From: Cycas panzhihuaensis | Lineage: Eukaryota; Plantae; Cycadophyta | DNA length: 64,000 bases | Direction: 5' to 3' | Assembly: GCA_023213395.1 (NCBI GenBank) | Contig: CM041465.1 | Span: 228,167,741-228,231,740 of the forward strand | In this document: piece by piece, positions 53,081 to 64,000 of the stretch | How the letters are laid out: every line of letters begins with the position of its first letter | Position numbering within the stretch: position 1 is the first letter of the stretch | Notes under the pieces: model-generated | Database searches by the model: none | Told to the model about the DNA's origin: nothing | What the model saw: the letters and a program-made list of their open reading frames with translations, nothing else | Program-made: the position numbers and the translations under genes

Positions 53081-55222
53081 ACTTCCTATATATTTGAATT
53101 ATGCATTCATAGACAAAGAAGAGACTTAACAAATAATATTAACTAAATAAAAAATAAAAAATCTAATAAAATAAGAGAGGAAGGTTATATCTAAAATTGA
53201 AAAAGCTAAATATAAATGATTAAGATAAACTTTCCTCCCTACTGTCATAACTAAATTCTTCAAAACCCATAGATCCTCTGGATGATATATTAAGTAATGC
53301 TTCTTATTTAAAGAAAATACGAGGAATTATTTCTTTTGTGGCCTTATATGGTATTATTCTCACTAATTCTAAGAAACTAATATCTAAGGAATTATTATAT
53401 ATAATCTAATAATTATTAGATAACTTGTTCATTATGTAATATATATTATAGCACTCAAAAGTTTCATAATTTATTTCTAATTACTTATATTATGATTAAT
53501 TTAGAATGTAAAACATCATAAGTTGTTCCCTCTTACTTTATACAGGATTATGCTTACTCTAGAGTACATATATATAATTGTATAGTATGTACTTCATAAG
53601 CATTATGACCTAAAATTACATATCTACACATATACATAGAATTTGTGCATCATCCCTTCTGAACCTAAACACACCCCATATACATGAATACACCTACAGA
53701 CTAAGCTCGTATGGAGAATGATATCATGCCATCAACCTATTTTTTAGTTTAGTTATATATTAGAATTTCAAACCCAAGACAAAGCGTAGATGGTTTCCCT
53801 CAAATGCTTCACGGTACTTTAAGTCTATTCAATATTTTAATATATCATCAATTAAAGATACTTAAGGATGGCCCTATAACTTTCTATTAGTGCATTTGGT
53901 CATTCATATATGTTTCTTTCCTCAAAGTGTAAGTATTATGAGATTTTTCCCAACTATGTATAAGATCTCTAACTTTTTAAAGGCATCCTTATCACTTTAG
54001 CAAAAAATTAAGGGATTCACCTAATCCTCAGTTTTCGTTAAGTTTATATAGATCTATGAATTAAAAGCACCTATGAAGAGAATACATGCCTTTAACAAAA
54101 TAACTTATAGTTCATCTCTTGCTTTTGAAGTGGTTGCCAAATATTGATAAAAATATTTGGTCCATTAGCATGGGAAGAACCTCCATTGCCTTTGCTTGTG
54201 CTTTGGGAAGATGTTACATCCACCTTAATCATCATTCTCCTTAATGCCCTATTATTGTTATTATTTAACAATGAATCTCTAAAGCATCCACATGTTTCAC
54301 ACTTAGATGTGTGACAACCATAATGCTCCTTACTATAGGCCTACCCTCGTATTGATAGAAATTTTAAATTTTGAAAATCTCATTCAAAGCTTATGAAATG
54401 ATGCAACCTCTTGAAACTATTATAATTGCTTTAAATCTTCCCCATGTTCCACACCTAATTATGTGATAACATCAATTCTCCTCGCTAAGAACCTTCTTTG
54501 TATTGAAAGAGATTGAAAATTTAAATATCTCCTCAAAGGGTTAGGAGAAGATGCAAAATGTTGAAATCAATGTGATTACTTGAAATCATTTTCAAAGCAA
54601 GGTAGAATGATCTAATTATAGCAATAGAGGTGGATACAAGCGCTCATATGATTTCAACTATGGGGAAGAATAGAAAGAATGTAGGATAGGAAGCTCTTCA
54701 ATTATATTATAAGTCCTTTCATCCAACTAGTAATTATTAGTTCATAATAATCTAATAGAAAAATGGGGAACTATGCTTTAATGAAATTATCATATTTTGT
54801 TAGTAAAATATGAGTTTTCAATTTAAAAAACAATGCGAAATTTTATTTCTAGAAGTAGGCATAGGAAGGCTCACAATTAACTTTAGTAATTCCTTATTGC
54901 TCCAAGTTTGGACTAGATAGATAAACCTCTTTCTCAATCTTAAGCAAAATATCAATACTACAAACACATGCAACTAAGCAACTACAAGTCTTACAAGATG
55001 TTGATATCTTTTCATTTTATAATATAACATTCAATAGAACCCATGATAGCTTTTGTGGTGGTATTTTAGAGAGAGATAAAAACCTAAATCGTTGTTAACA
55101 CTCAATTTTCTACTTTACTTGCGTGCTCTCCTAGCTAAGAGTTACAATAAATTTATAATATATTGGAGATTGCGGGAAGACCCATGTCCATGACTCCATA
55201 TTAATTACAGTTCGTACGAAGT

Positions 55223-56058
55223 TCAGATCACCTGAAACGCCTTCTGGACGTCCCCTCTGATTACTGCCTCGTCTCCATCGATCTTCCCCTGCGGAGGCGC
55301 AGCAGCTTTGGGAACGAAGACGAAATCGAGATTATAGAGAACAGGCACTATTGCCAACGAGCACAGGAACACCAGTATCGGTCCGAATATCCATACAAGC
55401 ATTGGAAACCCTATATAAATCACTCTGTTTCCAATCGTGTTCAACATATACCCTCTCTCGAACACATCGCAAACGTAATCCGGAGAAATCAACGACGACT
55501 GAAATGGCGTGATATTTATCAAGTAGTTAACTTGATTCAGGAATCGAACCGCCAACGAATGACACAGAAACGAGAACATGAACATTACTAACAGCGATGC
55601 GTATTTCACACAATCAGCGAGCTCACCCTGTGCACCGTAAACTGTACGATCCAGAGAATTCTTAACACTGTATGCATTACTCATAATTGCAGCCAAACCG
55701 CAGCTCAGAAGAATGGAAGTAGTTGCCATCATGGTGGATCCCATTATGCTGTTTCTCAATGTTTGAACTGCCACTATGTTCTTTTTATCGTTATCCTGCG
55801 TGCCACCATCACAAACATATCCACAGATTAATTAAATCCGAATACATCGATATGCTTCAATTAGCTGAAATTTTTGAAACATTTGATTACCAGGATCATA
55901 CTCTGGACCCATAGCTTCCTTCCATACGCATTAACACCAATTGTGGTGTTGAAGGGACGGTTCTTGACCGTGTACCAGAGTAAACCGTGGTATACCGATG
56001 TGACAAGAATGCCGAGGGGCACAAAAATAATGTCCAGGTAGCAATTCTGCCATGCCAT
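55223..56058 (-). CDS. DUF599-family plant membrane protein, 2 exons (56058-55891, 55795-55223), 246 aa
   Basis: Exon 1 MAWQNCYLDIIFVPLG...YHGLLW...LWVQSMIL. 95-bp phase-0 GT...CAG intron 55890-55796. Exon 2 DNDKKNIVAVQTLRNSIMGSTMMATTSILL...GNR...PMLVWIFGP...LYNLDF. These motifs are typical of plant DUF599 proteins (At4g31330-like, recalled rather than searched). No stops or frameshifts. Confidence 0.93.
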
Positions 56059-56111
56059 TCCCTTTGAAATTTTAAATTACAGTGGGCTATGATGCCGTCC
56101 AACCTTGTCGA

Positions 56112-56142
56112 TTTTATAGGGTTCGTGAAGGAATCATTTATA
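56112..56142 (-). promoter_or_regulatory. Candidate TATA boxes of the DUF599 gene
   Basis: Minus-strand TATAAAT (56142-56136) and TATAAAA (56118-56112), about 55-85 bp upstream of the ATG. Confidence 0.55.
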
Positions 56143-57444
56143 GCCATGGCGGAGAGGAAGGGTGTCTCATCGGGCGCCTCTGCGGGAGGTCCATGTGATT
56201 AATACCAAAGTTGCGGTTGGGGTTGTGGTTCATGAGATGGGGAAGAAACAATGCGTGATAGCATTGGGCATGACGGTTGTGCATGCTGTGAGCATTGGAG
56301 GCGTTTCTAGCGAGATTAAAAGGACAGCGATAAATGAAAAAAGAATAAGGTATCTTCTCCATCTTAATGGGGGTTTCACAAGAAGCGACAATTCCATTGG
56401 TGACTATACTCTAGTCGAATTTGGGGTTTAATATGAAACGACAATTCCATGATGTAATGTATGTTTTAAAGGTTGGAATTACATTAAGGACGTAAGACTA
56501 ATTTAGTTCAAAAAAGTAGTTAGAGGACATAAGACTATTTTCAGTCTAGAATATTAAATAGTTATGCCAAAACTTAGGGCACTAAAATAAGTGACAATTC
56601 ATAAATTGTTGTCCTACGAACAAAATTAAGATAAGTACTAGAAAATAAACATTTAGTTAATAGTTGCTTCTTATATTGTTTATTTTGTTGTTGTTGAAAA
56701 CAATCATTATGTAGGTCAAGTATTGGGGCGCATCAATAGGTATCTATCCTATAGTGTTGGAAATCTTAAGTTCAACCCTCACGGGGGGTTATAAGAGAGA
56801 ACTGGATGAAAAGGTGACAATTTATGACAAACAAAATCTGATTCTATCCATTTATTACATATCATCAAAAAAATAAAATGTTGACTATGTTATTATAAAA
56901 TATTTTAAACAACATAAAAAAAATAAAAATAACGGTTAAAATAGTTCCATAAGATATTTCATTACGCCTTTAAGGATCGCAGAATTTTTTTAAGAGGGTT
57001 TTTATACATTTTTGGAAAGATTATTAAAGTTTATTATATAAAGATTCATAATTGCATAGACATCATTAAAAAAATATGTATGTGTATATACATTAATTAA
57101 AATAAAAACAAAGTAACAAATATCCCATAATAGTCCATAGAGACAAAGATATAATAAAAATCACTAAAGCTCATGTAATAAATGTTTTATATTAGTTGAA
57201 AACCATAAAGTCATAGGCGAAAATACTTGAAGTAACTAAGGATCACATAATAAAAGACATAAAAAAAAATGCTTAAGCTTAAAGTAAATAATAATCATAT
57301 AGAGAGGATATGGGCCTTAATTGACTTATAAACCATAATCACCCATTACTATTTATAAAGACAAAGCAATGAACATCTTACATTTACAACAAACACATAG
57401 CCAAAAATACTTCAGGTTAAAACATGAGATGTAAGTATACTTTC

Positions 57445-64000
<6,556 letters not shown>

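Noticed and set aside
56138-56431. Short ORFs in the DUF599 promoter
   Set aside because: No recognisable homology; expected by chance in stop-poor GC-rich DNA.

Overview
Eukaryotic plant nuclear DNA, AT-rich and CpG/CHG-depleted. The TE density and mutation pattern would fit a large seed-plant genome such as a gymnosperm, but the taxon cannot be proven from the sequence. Most of the window is a nested retrotransposon cluster. It holds four L1-clade LINEs carrying RNase H (two full-length, two 5'-truncated) and two Reina-like chromoviral Ty3/gypsy elements. It also holds three degenerate Ty1/copia elements and three small-LTR elements with essentially non-coding interiors. The only host gene is an intact two-exon DUF599 membrane-protein gene (56058-55223, minus strand) in a CpG-rich island, next to a 1.3-kb compound microsatellite. 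The most interesting signals are non-coding: (1) a stem-loop with a GGC(U/C)U(G/A)U loop and co-varying stems at the 3' end of all four LINEs, duplicated in two of them; (2) a shared RNA-hairpin module inside non-autonomous LTR elements whose LTRs are unrelated; (3) an LTR that appears to have absorbed its own primer-binding site; (4) a conserved leader shared by two gypsy elements with unrelated LTRs. All identities quoted are by-eye estimates.
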